From assembly GCF_963853765.1 (NCBI RefSeq), contig NC_088855.1:54622001-54686000 (forward strand): DNA of 64,000 bases. Reading direction: 5' to 3'. The DNA comes from Magallana gigas. Taxonomy: Eukaryota. Shown here one piece after another: positions 11,818-24,230 of the stretch; within the stretch, counting starts at the first letter, position 1; each line of letters begins with the position of its first letter. Position numbers and translations under genes: made by a program. The notes beneath the pieces are model-generated. The model was not told where the DNA came from. It was given only the letters and a program-made list of their open reading frames with translations, and made no database searches.

Positions 11818-12886
11818 TGGGGGTCTATACACTTGAGAGTAGGGGATGGAGTTGAGGGGGTCTTGTCCTCAAGCACCTGTGGATTCAACATTTGCAGTTA
11901 GTCAAAGTAGCAAAAACTCAGTTATAGTTCATGTCTAACTTTTCCTACAAATCCAGGTTAAAATCGCAAACGCAATTTCACCGACCTTTAGTGTGCAGGC
12001 CTAGTCCATTCACAATGCATGTCTGCCCTATCAAATCTAACACAATTTGCTTCCCTGTCCTGTTTGTTCCGTAAAAAATTAAGTAGCTTGTCTCAAAAAT
12101 GCCCGAGTAATTATATTATTTTCTTATTTATTTGTGATCATTTAGGACTTTTATAACCTCTTCATACACAAAGGTTTGCTCCTCTTGATATTTGGCGAGA
12201 CAGTAGATGACCCACTGTATTGATAAAGAAGTCGTGTCGTGACTTAAAAGACAATTTTAAAAAATCATAATGTTTTTATACGTAGAAAACAAACTTACAA
12301 ACTATTGTATGCATACACATTCCTTATTCCGTTCCCCACGATATAATACTTAGTCTATTGAGGCAATTTTTAAATTCGACCTTTATTAATAAACCTTTCT
12401 GACATCGACCGCTGACCTTGACCTTTCACTTCGCTGAACATGTCTGATTATGTAGTTAATGGCTGACAAGAAGGTTAAGTTTATAGACAGATAGATGCGA
12501 TTGGCAAAAAAAAAATCAGCGGACATTCCTTTGAACTATGCCCTTAGAGACACAAAAAGTGGTTTTACCTGCAAAGAGAATGGTGTCAACTTCAGCGCAA
12601 ATGTCAAGGTCAGACAACCCGTCATCATTTTCATCTTTGGCTGAGATGAGCATATCCAAACAAATCCCGATTATCTGTGCAGTCCGTCGATATCTTCATA
12701 ATCAATAGCAACATTTGTATAATCCATAATAATCCTGAGATTTTTTAATATTTCAGCATAAAGAAGAAATTCATTATGTAAAGATATATTTATTTATTAA
12801 CTGAACCACTAGTATCTCCAAACTGAATACTATAAAGTACTCTTGATGGCCAAACCTATAAACTAATAGAAATGATAAAAAAAAGA

Positions 12887-13195
12887 AACAAGATATATGT
12901 GAGCCAATGCTCACTAGTGATACCCCCGCTCTGATGTGAATACGCAAAATAAGCAAAGTCGACATTTAACAGGAAGTTGGCATTTGATTGGTACAAAAAT
13001 ATATCCAACGACATGGCATGTCTAAACAAATAGTGTGTTAAAATTTCAAGCATCTGCGATAAATATTGCTGAGAAAAATGCGAGAGAAACTTTTGTAACA
13101 GATGGACAGACAGACAAAAGGACAGATGGACAGACAGACAGACACACAAGGGTAAAACAGTATACTTCTTCTCCTTCGGAGCGGGGGTATAAAAA
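12887..13195 (+). mobile_element. Short HINE-type non-autonomous element
   Basis: AACAAG start, subterminal inverted repeat TACCCCCGCTC / GAGCGGGGGTA, (GACA)n tract, ends ...GGGGGTATAAAAA. Confidence 0.75.
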
Positions 13196-13271
13196 TAAAA
13201 ACTGCTCTTACTTATGACTTCCTTCGCGGTGAGATTATTTCATCAACACATTTCTGGACGTGAATTAGTAT

Positions 13272-13590
13272 GGTTGTATGGGACACCTCCATGTTATGAC
13301 GTATTATTTATGACGGATTATTTATCGAAATAAACAATATTATCAAGAATAATTCTATTTATAGTTTCTTTCCCAAAATTTTCAGCTTACAGCGTAGCGC
13401 AGTGGGTTAGAGGGTTCACAACGAATCTGTAAATCATGAGTTCGAATCCCGCTAGAGTTTTTATAAGTTTTACATTTTCAAAAATTTTTAAAACGGATTT
13501 TTTGGTTAAATATTGCAAAATTTGAAAATTCTATTCTAATTATAATGTACTTTAATCCACATAAATATCAACAGATGTCCCATACCACCT
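13272..13590. mobile_element. TIR MITE carrying a tRNA-like A/B-box segment
   Basis: Ends GGTTGTATGGGACA / TGTCCCATACCACC; internal TAGCGCAGTGG (13395-13405) and GTTCGAATCC (13440-13449) resemble Pol III A and B boxes; no convincing cloverleaf. Confidence 0.65.
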
Positions 13591-14275
13591 TGATCTGTTC
13601 AACTCTCGAACCTTTGAAAACAGCCAGTAAATAAAGTTACAATTGAGCCATGACTTTCTGTTGATATTAGTAAAGTTAACACATGATAAAAACGGAAGCA
13701 CAGTAATTTAATATCTTTAAAAATGAAATACAGAACTTAAGGATGAATTGGACAAATTCATTATACTGTCTTTCAAAACAATAATATCGAAGTATACTTT
13801 TATTTCATGTTTCCTTTCGACTTCATGTTGTCTAACGGCTTCTTGCAGTCGTTCGAGTTGTATAGCTCAGTTTTTGATCTGCAAGTAATGAGTTTAAACT
13901 TGTAGGTTTTCATAAAATTATTTTTTCCTTTATAAAAAGTTTGGAAATACTTTTCACTGTTAAAAATATATGTAGATTTTGAAATCTATAAAATGGTGAT
14001 TACATTTTGAATCTCACTGCGTCTAGCTTTTACTACTCTGCATTCTGTCTTTGCCAGACAAGGGAACAAGGTGATTACTTACAATGCCCTGTTGATTGGT
14101 AACACGATAAGTCTTCTTATTTTAAAAGGAATCATCACGTGTGTTATAAACTTAAAACCTGACAGGTAAGATACCTGTAATATTTTCATAATTCGACTGA
14201 TTACAACATGTAAGCCTATGCCTACTTAAACGAACTGGGGAAGGGGGGAGCTCAAATTCATAAACTGCTATTTTT

Positions 14276-14941
14276 GGGAGTTGATTTTAATCAATTCTCC
14301 TCTGCAGTTATTCTGGCAAACCGAAAGTGAAACAGTGTTTGGACCTAAGGACAAATCATCACCGCTGACAAGATTTATCTTAGTTCTTGAAAATAATCGA
14401 TAAATTCGATGTAATATATCTTGAAGCATTGGTTTTTAAGAAACTTATTTATGAATTCCTTGAAAATAGTCAGATGTGTACGAACAATTTAGATATATTT
14501 TACAGTCGTATGTATTCATACGCCAGAGTTCAATAAAGTTTTGTTCAACCATCGGCTCTCTCCGTAAATCTCCGACAAGCAGAGAGTCATTCTATATTTA
14601 GAGGTCGCGTCATCAAGCTATCACGTGACCTGGTGTACACAGGAGATTAACGGAGACAGTCGAGCATCTGGTTGAACGAGACTAGAGTTCATTATTGCTT
14701 GGATCCATACAATTTTTTTTAATATTTCGATTACTAATACACAGTTTGATGGAATCAATTCTATCTTTAATCATTGCACAACACGAATCATATGGGGTTT
14801 TCTTAAAATTCTTGTCGGAAAAGTCCGAGAATTCATATTATAAAAATGTGCATAATTCAAAGACAGGTTATAAACTACTTGCCAAGCAAAGTAACATGCC
14901 GTTGATTTTAAAATGAATAATAATCGATAAAATCAACTCCC
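14276..14941 (+). mobile_element. About 650-bp non-autonomous TIR element with internal hairpin (copy A)
   Basis: Ends GGGAGTTGATTTT / AAAATCAACTCCC; homologous along its length to the reverse complement of 47117-47742; internal palindrome at 14537-14683. Confidence 0.75.
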
Positions 14942-14979
14942 GTCAGTACTTCAGTACTTTGATTTTATATTGTTAACTA

Positions 14980-16460
14980 TAGGGAACGAATCGCAAACTA
15001 TAGTAATAATTGTTTAACTGTGTTTTTTTATCTGTAAAACCATATTTTACGGTTATAAACTATAGTTTACAAATACAAATTTAAGTTTTCTGTCTATACA
15101 ATGTAAATAAACATTAACGATATATTTTGCTAATAAATATGGATTCACATTTGTAAACTATATTTTACATTTGTGAATTATAATTAAGTGTTGGTATTAG
15201 TTTTACAAATCGCGAAACTATATTTATCAGATGAACTATGTTTTGCAATCGCCAATTGAGTGATAATTATGGTATACACTTATGAAACCTAGATGGTCTA
15301 ACTTTGGTCTACAGATGTGAAATATAGATCAACGACGTTAACTATAGCTTCACAGATGATGAACTAGGTTTATCAACTGTTAACTATAGTTAACAAACTG
15401 TAATTCGTTAACTCTAGTTTTTATTTGTAAAACCATATTTAACGGTTGTAAGCTTTAGTTATATGTAACCTAAGTTTTTCTATTTTTAGGTCACCTGAGT
15501 AAACTCAGGTGACCTATTGCTATCCGTTTTCGTCCGTCGTCGTTCGTTAACAATTTACATTTTCAACTTCTTTTTAAAACTACAAGGCTGATTGTTACCA
15601 TTTTTGGTGTGAGGCATCTCTATGGTAAGAGGAATCTAAATTGTGAAATTCATGGCTCTTCCACCTCTGGGGCGCCACATGTGGGGCTAAATATTAAAAA
15701 AAAAAGCCAAATTTTCAAAAATCTTCTTCACATATGTGTGGAAAAAAACTGGTTGCATAGTTATGATGTCCATGAATCCCTCTTCAAAAATTGTGAAATT
15801 CATGGCCCATGTATCAGGGGTTCAGGCTCTAGGGTGGGGCCCTATTAAATCTTAGAAAATCTTCTTCTCTACTCCTATATATATTTGTTAAAAACTAAAT
15901 GCCTGAATATGAGGCCCTCTACCAAAATTGCGAAATTCTTGACCCCTTTGTTAGGGGTCATGATTCATGATATTGTAACCAGATCTTTAAGTTTTTCGCC
16001 AAAAGTATAGGTTACATAGTTCTTTTTGAAAGTTTTCAGGCAGGGAGGTGGTCGTCATTACAAATTTATAATTTTTCTACTCCAGAATGAAACCTAATTA
16101 ATTAAATGCATATATGAGACTCCTCGACAAGTTTGTGTATGGGTTATGTGCTACTCAGGTGACCGTTAAGGACAATTGGCCTCTTGTTAGATAACGTAAA
16201 CAATAGATTTTGCTGATAAATATATATTCATATCTGTAAACTATTATTTAGATTCGTTAACTATAGTTATGAGTTGTTCATTATAGTTTCACAATCGTGA
16301 AACTATATTAATCAGATAATCTTTTTTGTGTAATTGCAAATAGTTGCTTTCAGTGTTAATGATAGATTTACATTTCTTCAAGATTATAGATGGTCACGTT
16401 GACTATATATGGTTTTCAGATGTGAAATATAGATTACCGTCGTTAAGTATTAATAGTTTT
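14980..16460. repeat. Degenerate AACTATAG(TT)-rich repeat tract, split by a HINE insertion
   Basis: Many imperfect GTTAACTATAG / AAACTATA motifs on both sides of 15483-16188. Confidence 0.5.
15483..16188 (-). mobile_element. HINE-type non-autonomous element, opposite orientation
   Basis: Begins TTTTTAGGTCACCTGAGTAAACTCAGGTGACC (terminal hairpin), then a CGTC tract, degenerate internal repeats, and ends CTCAGGTGACCGTTAAGGACAATTGGCCTCTTGTT. Confidence 0.8.
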
Positions 16461-17147
16461 TTGTCCAACCAATCAACCAGGAATATCGACTGTGAAACTT
16501 TGTTTAACTCATTTTTGTGAATGTTGCGTGTCATACAAGCATATACAAATATTCAATTTTTAAATGCTAAGTTTAACCTTAATTAAGACTTCAAAATATT
16601 CGGTAGCCTCTTGCCTTGACAATGAAGTTGGTTAATTTACTCTGTAACTCATGGATCTATCTTTATTCATTAAGGAATCTTATTCCTCAAAATTGGTAAC
16701 ATTGTATCAATGATTTCTCAAGAAGTAAATTACTGAAATATGGAGACAAAACATTCTTCAAAAAGACATAAAAAGGAGGGGTCAGCGTTCATACCTCTTA
16801 GTTATGGTGCATTTAATTTAACAGTTTTGCACCTAAAGTGCAATTTCAATCCGATTGGCATTTGTTGCCAATATTTTTAATTAATCGAAATAAAATTATT
16901 ACATCAAATATTGTTTTAAGGTATAAACAATAATCAGATTGAATAGAGAGAATAAGAAAACATTTTGTATAAAGCTGCATAATTTTTTTCGTGACCATTT
17001 TACACTTGAAATAACTACAATTTGATTCAAAATAAAAGCTCTCTGAAAAATGAAAATTCTAAAAAAAAAAATAAGGCAGTTTGACTCTATATGTAATCAA
17101 TATATGTATTCAATGTAATTTTGCATAATAAAACATGGAGGTCAGTG

Positions 17148-18772
17148 ATGTTGACTTTAAAGGGCTTCAAAGGTAAAATTCTTGCCAAATTTGGCTTTAA
17201 CAAATTGAGACTTACATGTATTTGTTATATGCCGAACGTCTATCAAAATCTCAACTTTTAATTTTAAATACGTTTCACTGAACCTAGAGAATATGTTTCA
17301 AACAAGCGCACGTATCATAACACAAATAAGAATTTATGGATATGCATACCATCAGTAAAATACACGTAACACTAATATACAAATTAATTAAGTTTTTTTT
17401 TTCAGATGAGAACTACATATGGTATTCTCTTTCCTGCGGTTGTAGTTCATCAAATCCGAACAAAGTACCTTCTCATACCTTGAAAAATGAAAAAAATGTT
17501 AAATTTATAATACAATGAGACAAAATATGTAAGTGTAGGAACACTACTATACAAAAGCTTACGCTTTGGTATCTTGATTAGTAATGTAATATCAAATAGT
17601 AAAAAAAAATTTAAATGGTATATACATATTCGAGCAAAATATTTTTTTTTCAAATGATCATCGGAGGAAAATAACATGAATTGGATCAAATTACAGATAG
17701 AAATTATTTTTCTCAGAGTTGTCAGAGAGACACGCATGAACTACGTGAACTCATATCAGAAGTTACCCCTATTTTGCAAGAAAACAACACTGTTTAGGAT
17801 TTTATCGCGGTTGTTAAGTGCATTTGTTAAGACCATTTTATTGACAACATAACACTTCATTTGTTGTTCAATGTTGCCTTTTTTCTTTTCAAACCCCAAG
17901 TATCTTCAATGCAGTATGGCAATTTGGTTGACAGTTCAAAAACTCTCCAAGGTAAAAGGGGTATTTTTTTCGTAGATATAAAGGAGATCTAGAGGAATTG
18001 GGAAATGTTAGAATAAGCACAATAGAATGTAAAATTAACTTTGCCCTTACATAGACGACTCTACAGAAAAAGGAATTTTGGCCTTAACCCTTGATGCATT
18101 ACCAAAAACACACCAGTCCAAGGATGTTAAATTGTCTTTTGATAGGAAGGAACTTGCTAGACCTGCTGTTGGATTTGGAAGAGTTGATGACAAAGATGGA
18201 TCACGAAGAAATTTTTTGATCAAATGGAAAGAAACAGAGACTGAACTTAATGTTGTGCGCAGTGTGATATCATCATTACCTGCTGATGATTTTTACCATC
18301 AGCAAAGTCTTGATATGCAAGATAAAGTTACGTAGAACGCAATACTAATTACAATTTCTGACATAAGCAGTAGGATAAAGTAACTACAAAATCTTATCTT
18401 GAGCAGAAACTGTATTTAGAAAGTTTGTTTTCCTTATTAGAAGGAGATTGGAAAACAAGTCGCTTTGGGTCATCTACTGTAAACAAAAATATTGCAAAGA
18501 GAATATGATTTCACAGCTTCTAGACTGCGTCGACAGCATTGGATATGCTGTACCCTGCATATATAAATAGAACGAGTCACAATTATGTAAGGGGACGAAA
18601 TGTTGTTGTTGAGTTTGAAATACAGTCTTATGCCCTTGAAAGTTGTTTTGGAACTTTGAAAGATCCACAAGAACATTTTGACAAAGTTTTTCATGGCATG
18701 CAAAAACCGTTTTCAGTGGAACTTCAAAATCTATTCGCTTCCAGAGTCCTTCAAACTTCTTTCTCAAAATAA
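17148..18772 (+). pseudogene. Unassigned multi-exon pseudogene
   Basis: Putative exons 17148-17172, 17406-17528, 17901-17951, 18055-about 18327, 18441-18772 join in one frame through phase-1 introns. In-frame stops at 17516, 18506, 18521; the fourth donor reads TTACGT instead of GTACGT. First exon tentative. Confidence 0.55.
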
Positions 18773-19313
18773 TATTTAAATTTTGATAATATGAGTTTGT
18801 AAAATAGTATTCAAATTTTGATAACATGAGTTTGTTAATAAAATGAAATTAGAAATAATAAAGAATGAAACAATAAACAAATAAAAGAGTATTTCATCAA
18901 AAACTACTACCGTTTAATTATTAATTCTGTTCGAATAATTAAGCATGAATCATTTTATTCTCAGTGTATTTATCATTTAAAAAAATTGACATTGATTAGG
19001 ATTATTTCTTTACAACTATTTGAATATCATCTACTTACACGGATTTCATTCATTACGGTATCTGAATTCTCTGAAAGAGAAGTATTGCCAGATTCGGCTT
19101 CAAATACCCGTAATTTACGTCATTGATGAAATGTATTGGGCTATACGTTACAAATTTGATTCGTAGTGTTATCCTAGACAAGGACACAGACAATTCTAAA
19201 TATATATACTCGTTTAAAGAGTATCAGGTACACCTGTTGACAATGCTGACATGTAAACACTGCATCATGCTCGTTTAACAATACTGTTGAATCGTCGCAA
19301 TTCGCGGCGAATC

Positions 19314-22300
19314 TATGGAACGCCATCGCTGCCTTATAGCATAAAACTATAGGTACATTATGTCAAATTATCATTACTTTATGTCAAAGTCCATTACGTG
19401 GTGTGAATATATCTTTACATTTGGTCAAATCGTTATTACGTGATGTCAAACGCACGTTAGGTGAAGTTAACATGTCTTTACATGATGTCAGCTTTTTACG
19501 TTGTGATGTAAAATCATCCGTACGTTATGCCAACATTGTACAACCAAAGGTCAATACATCATTACATTATTTCGACACTGCATTACATGGGGCAAATGTA
19601 TCCTTACATTATGTCAACAATTTATTACATGCTATCAATATATCCTTACATTATATCAACACTGCATTACGTATCGCTATTCTATCTTTACATTATGTCA
19701 ACATTTTATAACATGTTATCAATATATTTTTGCATTTGATCAACACCTTAATACATGGTGTTAACACATCCTTTCATTATGTCAACACTGTATCATTTAA
19801 TGTCAAAAGTACATTACTTGATACGAAAATGTCTTGACTTTTTGTCTAAACTTCATTACGTGATGTGAATAGGTCTTTACATTAGGCCAATTCTCTATTC
19901 CGTCATGTATACGCTCCATTTACTTTAAGTCGAAACATCATTCCGGTATACAAACACGAAATCCATGGCCTTTATATATTTGTAATGTTTTAAATTCAAA
20001 ATTTACAACATAACAAATACATAGAAACGATACGCCGATTTATCCAAAATGGACCCAGAAAAACCCCAACAGTAGATACTAGTAAGAAGCAGTGATTTAA
20101 ATAGGCTAGTATTCCTATTACTTCCAACTTCTCAATCTTTCAAGGTAAAGGACTATATATGGTATGGGCCTAAAATTATTTTACTGTAATTCTCTGTTTT
20201 CTTTGTACAGATATATATGTGATGTTTTAACTTACTGTTCGTTTTGATTAAAGTGCCCACAATTTACAAATACGGCATTGTAAAGACAACCTTTTCCCGC
20301 CATTTTTGCATTTTAGCATAAAAAAGCTTGTTTTCAAGCAGTTTTTCTTTCAGGAAACAGAGCGCATGCTTGAACCAACAAAATATTTTAATCAGAGATG
20401 TATCTAGCCAAGTCTAATAAGTGTCAAAAAATTTGTCCTGGTTCAAGCATGCGCTCTATATTTCCCGTTCGTAAAAAGATGAGAAAAATGTCAATTTTCG
20501 ACTGATTTTGATTGAATTATAGAAATAGCGTCACTTCTGACGTCATATACTGCAAGTGAGTGCAAATGAATCAAACAAATATGTGAAAAATATATTTTAT
20601 ATAAACTGTTCTAAATTATAACATAACATTTTATTGTACCCGAAACACTTTTAAAAATGTTGAATTATGGGGGCCAAATTTGACTCTCATCATTATAGTT
20701 CTTTAGGAACAATTTCATTTCCGGCGAGAAAAGTGCCGGGGGGGGGGGGGGGGGGTTGGGTTTAACCCTCTATGATGCTATGTGCCTAATGGTTAGGTCT
20801 AACTTTGCAAAAAAAAGTGTGGTGGGGGGGGGGGGGGCTAAGCCCCCCTAGCCCCCCCCCCCTCCCCCCCCCGGTTCCGACGCCTATGCACATAAAGTTC
20901 GTACTACACACTCAGTCATTTAGCAATCAGAGTTCTTTATCCTTGCAAATCCTGTATGTCGTGACGCAGACAGTCACCCAGTGCATATTTAATTTTCTAA
21001 AATTTAGTCTCAAAGTATTTAGTAGTTAAAATAAAGTATTTAGTAGTTAAAAATAAACGTTGCTATTGCTATCCTTAATTAAGGACATTGACCCTAACTG
21101 GGTATGGCCGTTCTACTACAAAATTATTATGCTGTGAAAATGATCTTTTTCTTATTGCAGAGGGGGTGGGAATTGTGTTTGTGGAGGGGGTACGCTACGT
21201 TCCTACTCTTCCATCCAAGATGGCACTTGATAACTTATTATGAAATAAAACCTACAAATATTAATGAATTACAATACATCTTTAACCCTTTTAAAGGCCT
21301 TCTCCATCTTCATATAGATGGTATTGGGTTTTTTTTATGAAATGTTTGTTTTATATAATTTTTCGGACAGAGGGTATAAATCAGAAATATGTCATAATAA
21401 AACGTACACAAATAAGAGAGGGGAAATGTATTCGCCGATTTTAGAATTTATTATAAAGAAAGGCAAACCACTATTAGTAGAATTGGCACTGTCTTCAGCG
21501 TTTTCCTCATACACCAAACTTACTAATTTTTAATTAAATGAAATAATTCGACAGCATGAGTGGTTTTTTGTAAACAATTACATGTATGATCATGTTACAT
21601 ATATTTTCGTCGTAAGTATAGAATTGGCGTGAAAATAGACAAAAAAGGAAATATACGCCCATTCCAATCTGTTCCGTTGAATACCAATATCCACACGGGT
21701 AATGGTAGTTTGCGGAACGGAACGAAACCTGAATCTTAAAAATAAGTCAAGTACTAGTACTGCTGACATTGTAATTTTAAAAATGTTATGCTTGGAAATG
21801 TGTTTCGTTTGTTTTAAAGCTCTAACTAATAAAGAATATTCATTTGCTAGCTTAAACTAGTTAGTAAGTTCTGCCGTGAAAAACTTGTAATCTGTTAATT
21901 TTACAGTAGTATTATATATACGTATATTTTTCTTTAAATAACGAATTTAAACAATAAAATTAAAGATCAATCTTACTTTGAAATGTAATGAATAAAAACA
22001 AAATTGCTCATTTTTTTGAAAAATTCTATTTTCCCATTTGATTACCCTTTCCTGGTTCCGTTCTGTTCCACAAAGTTTCAATAGCCCATGGATACATTTG
22101 GGTAAGCTTACCGTTTCTATGTATATATGAAGGCAGAGGGTATCCGTGTTCGCATAACAAAATGATGTTTCAACTTAAAGTAGTGGAGCGTGTACATCAT
22201 GGAACAGAGAACTGACCGACAGCGAAGACTTGTTCACATCACGTTATTCAGTTTAGACATAACGTAATAAACTTATGACATCAAGTTATAAAGTGTTGAC

Positions 22301-22725
22301 ATAATAAAATGATATATTTACACCATGTAATAAAGTGTTGATAAAATGTAGGGATGGAATCGCAATATGTACTGCAGTGTTGATATAATGTAAGGATATA
22401 TTGATAGCATGTAATAAAATGTTGACATAATGTAAGGATACATTTGCCCCATGTAATACAGTGTCGAAATAATGTCATGATGTATTGACCTTTGGTTGTA
22501 CAATGTTGGCATAACGTAAGGATGATTTTACATCACAACGTAAAAAGTTGACATCATGTAAAGACAAGTTAACTTCACCTAACGTGCGTTTGACATCACG
22601 TAATAACGATTTGACCAAATGTAAAGATATATTCACACCACGTAATGGACTTTGACATAGAGTAATGATAATTTGACATAATGTATCTATAGTTTTATGC
22701 TATAAGGCAGCGATGGCGTTCCATA
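19314..22725. mobile_element. Non-autonomous IS3EU-like DNA transposon with long TIRs and 6-bp TSD
   Basis: Termini TATGGAACGCC / GGCGTTCCATA; inverted arms about 19314-19979 and 22122-22725 built from 21/42-bp subrepeats; CGAATC repeated at 19308-19313 and 22726-22731; no transposase ORF inside. Nested MITE-like pieces at about 20146-20705 and 21697-22087. Confidence 0.8.
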
Positions 22726-23558
22726 CGAATCAATATTTTGTACTTTATTTCGACATAGGTAGTCTTAATATGAAGATGGACATTTTAAAGAGACAACCCG
22801 TAACTTGACTCTTTGTGTTAACAAACTTTAAACAAAAACACATATACATGTAGAAGTTTTTTGGCCCATACATCATTTAAATAATTAGGGTGTACCAAAG
22901 GCGTTATTCTATTAGTCCCCGCAAGACACAATAATTTTAATTGAACATAGCTTTTTGGCTGTTATCCAAGACTAAACATTGGCTCATTGTTTATGTGTAA
23001 AAATGAAGGTAAACATTTAGAATTAAACGGTGCTCAATGGGAGCAAATATTGATGAACCTTATTGACAAATCTGTGAATGGAATTAATAGTCATTTGCGT
23101 AGGAATCTTGCGTCAATTTCAAACTGCATACACAAACTGTCTTTGAAGTTCTATAGAGAATCCCTCATGAACAGAAGTAGTGTCCAATCTTTGCCTTGAC
23201 CAACAACACTATTCTGCAGTAACCGGTCCTTCTCAAAGACTGTACGGGGCCCGGCGTCTCAGATCTAGAGACTAACAAACGTCCGGCGTGCTTTGAGCGT
23301 TTTCTATGAGCATACAATTGTGAGGTTGAATCAAATTTGAGTCTGATGCCATAAAGTGGTTCTTCGTACCTTATGCAAGGAATCTGCATATTTTGTAAGT
23401 CTGATTACTTACTTTTTATTGCTTTAAGATATATAAAGTGCTTTTTGACAACGAACATGTTCAGATAAATTTAATTCCATATATGTAGAGAGTAACTTTG
23501 AGTATAGAAGCTTTATATAATAAATGTATATAGAAAAACTTAAAACTCATCGCTAGAA

Positions 23559-23631
<73 letters not shown>
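23559..23631. repeat. (ATCT)n microsatellite followed by (CTGT)n
   Basis: About 18 perfect tetranucleotide units. Confidence 0.97.
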
Positions 23632-23964
23632 CTGTCTGTCTGTCTGTATGGTGTTTATAAAAAAAAAAAAACTTGCTCAATAAAGATCAGCGCCTCCTCG
23701 GGTTTACAACTTAACAATTCAAATCTCTGTAGGAAAACGACCACAGGAATTTAAAACGGTTGCGTTAATGAAGTGGGAGACCGATGTTAGTGGCATTGAT
23801 CTCTGCAATCGATGGTTTAAGTCTTTTATATCAGCGTCTACAGACAAAACTTCATTACGGTTTTGTCGATATACTTGGCCCCTGACTTCAGTACACAGCC
23901 AACTTGTGTTTTTCCACGGCTAACACCCCTCCCATCACGCCAGTGGAGTCTTGTTATTTATTCG

Positions 23965-24230
23965 CTACCGGATTGTCGTATTTTCCCCTCTTCTTATTGC
24001 CGGATTGTCGTTTTTTACCGGATTGTCGTTTTCCCTTCGTCTTTTCATCGCCCTTTTTCCCTTCGTTTTATTATCGGATTGTCGTTTTTCCTTTCGTCTT
24101 ATTACTGGATTGCCGTTTTTACCTGATTGTCGTTTTTCCCTTCGTCATATTGCCTGATTGTCGTTCTTTTTACCGGATTGACGTTGTTTCCTTCGTCTTA
24201 CTACCGCTTTTCCCTTCGTCTTATTACTAA
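23965..24230 (+). repeat. Degenerate minisatellite (CCGGATTGTCGTTTTTCCCTTCGTCTTATT-like units)
   Basis: Repeated CCGGATTGTCGTTTT and CCCTTCGTCTT blocks in full and half units; explains the three overlapping ORFs here. Confidence 0.85.

Noticed and set aside
20738-20880. Poly-G and poly-C tracts as functional G-quadruplexes
   Set aside because: Homopolymer runs recur across the window (45377, 51354, 63115) and are associated with repeats; nothing links them to function.
19403-22512. His/Tyr-rich ORFs at 19403-19739 and 22281-22512
   Set aside because: Products of the 21/42-bp subrepeats in the inverted arms; no transposase motifs.
23863-24230. Three overlapping hydrophobic ORFs
   Set aside because: Encoded by a pyrimidine-rich minisatellite.
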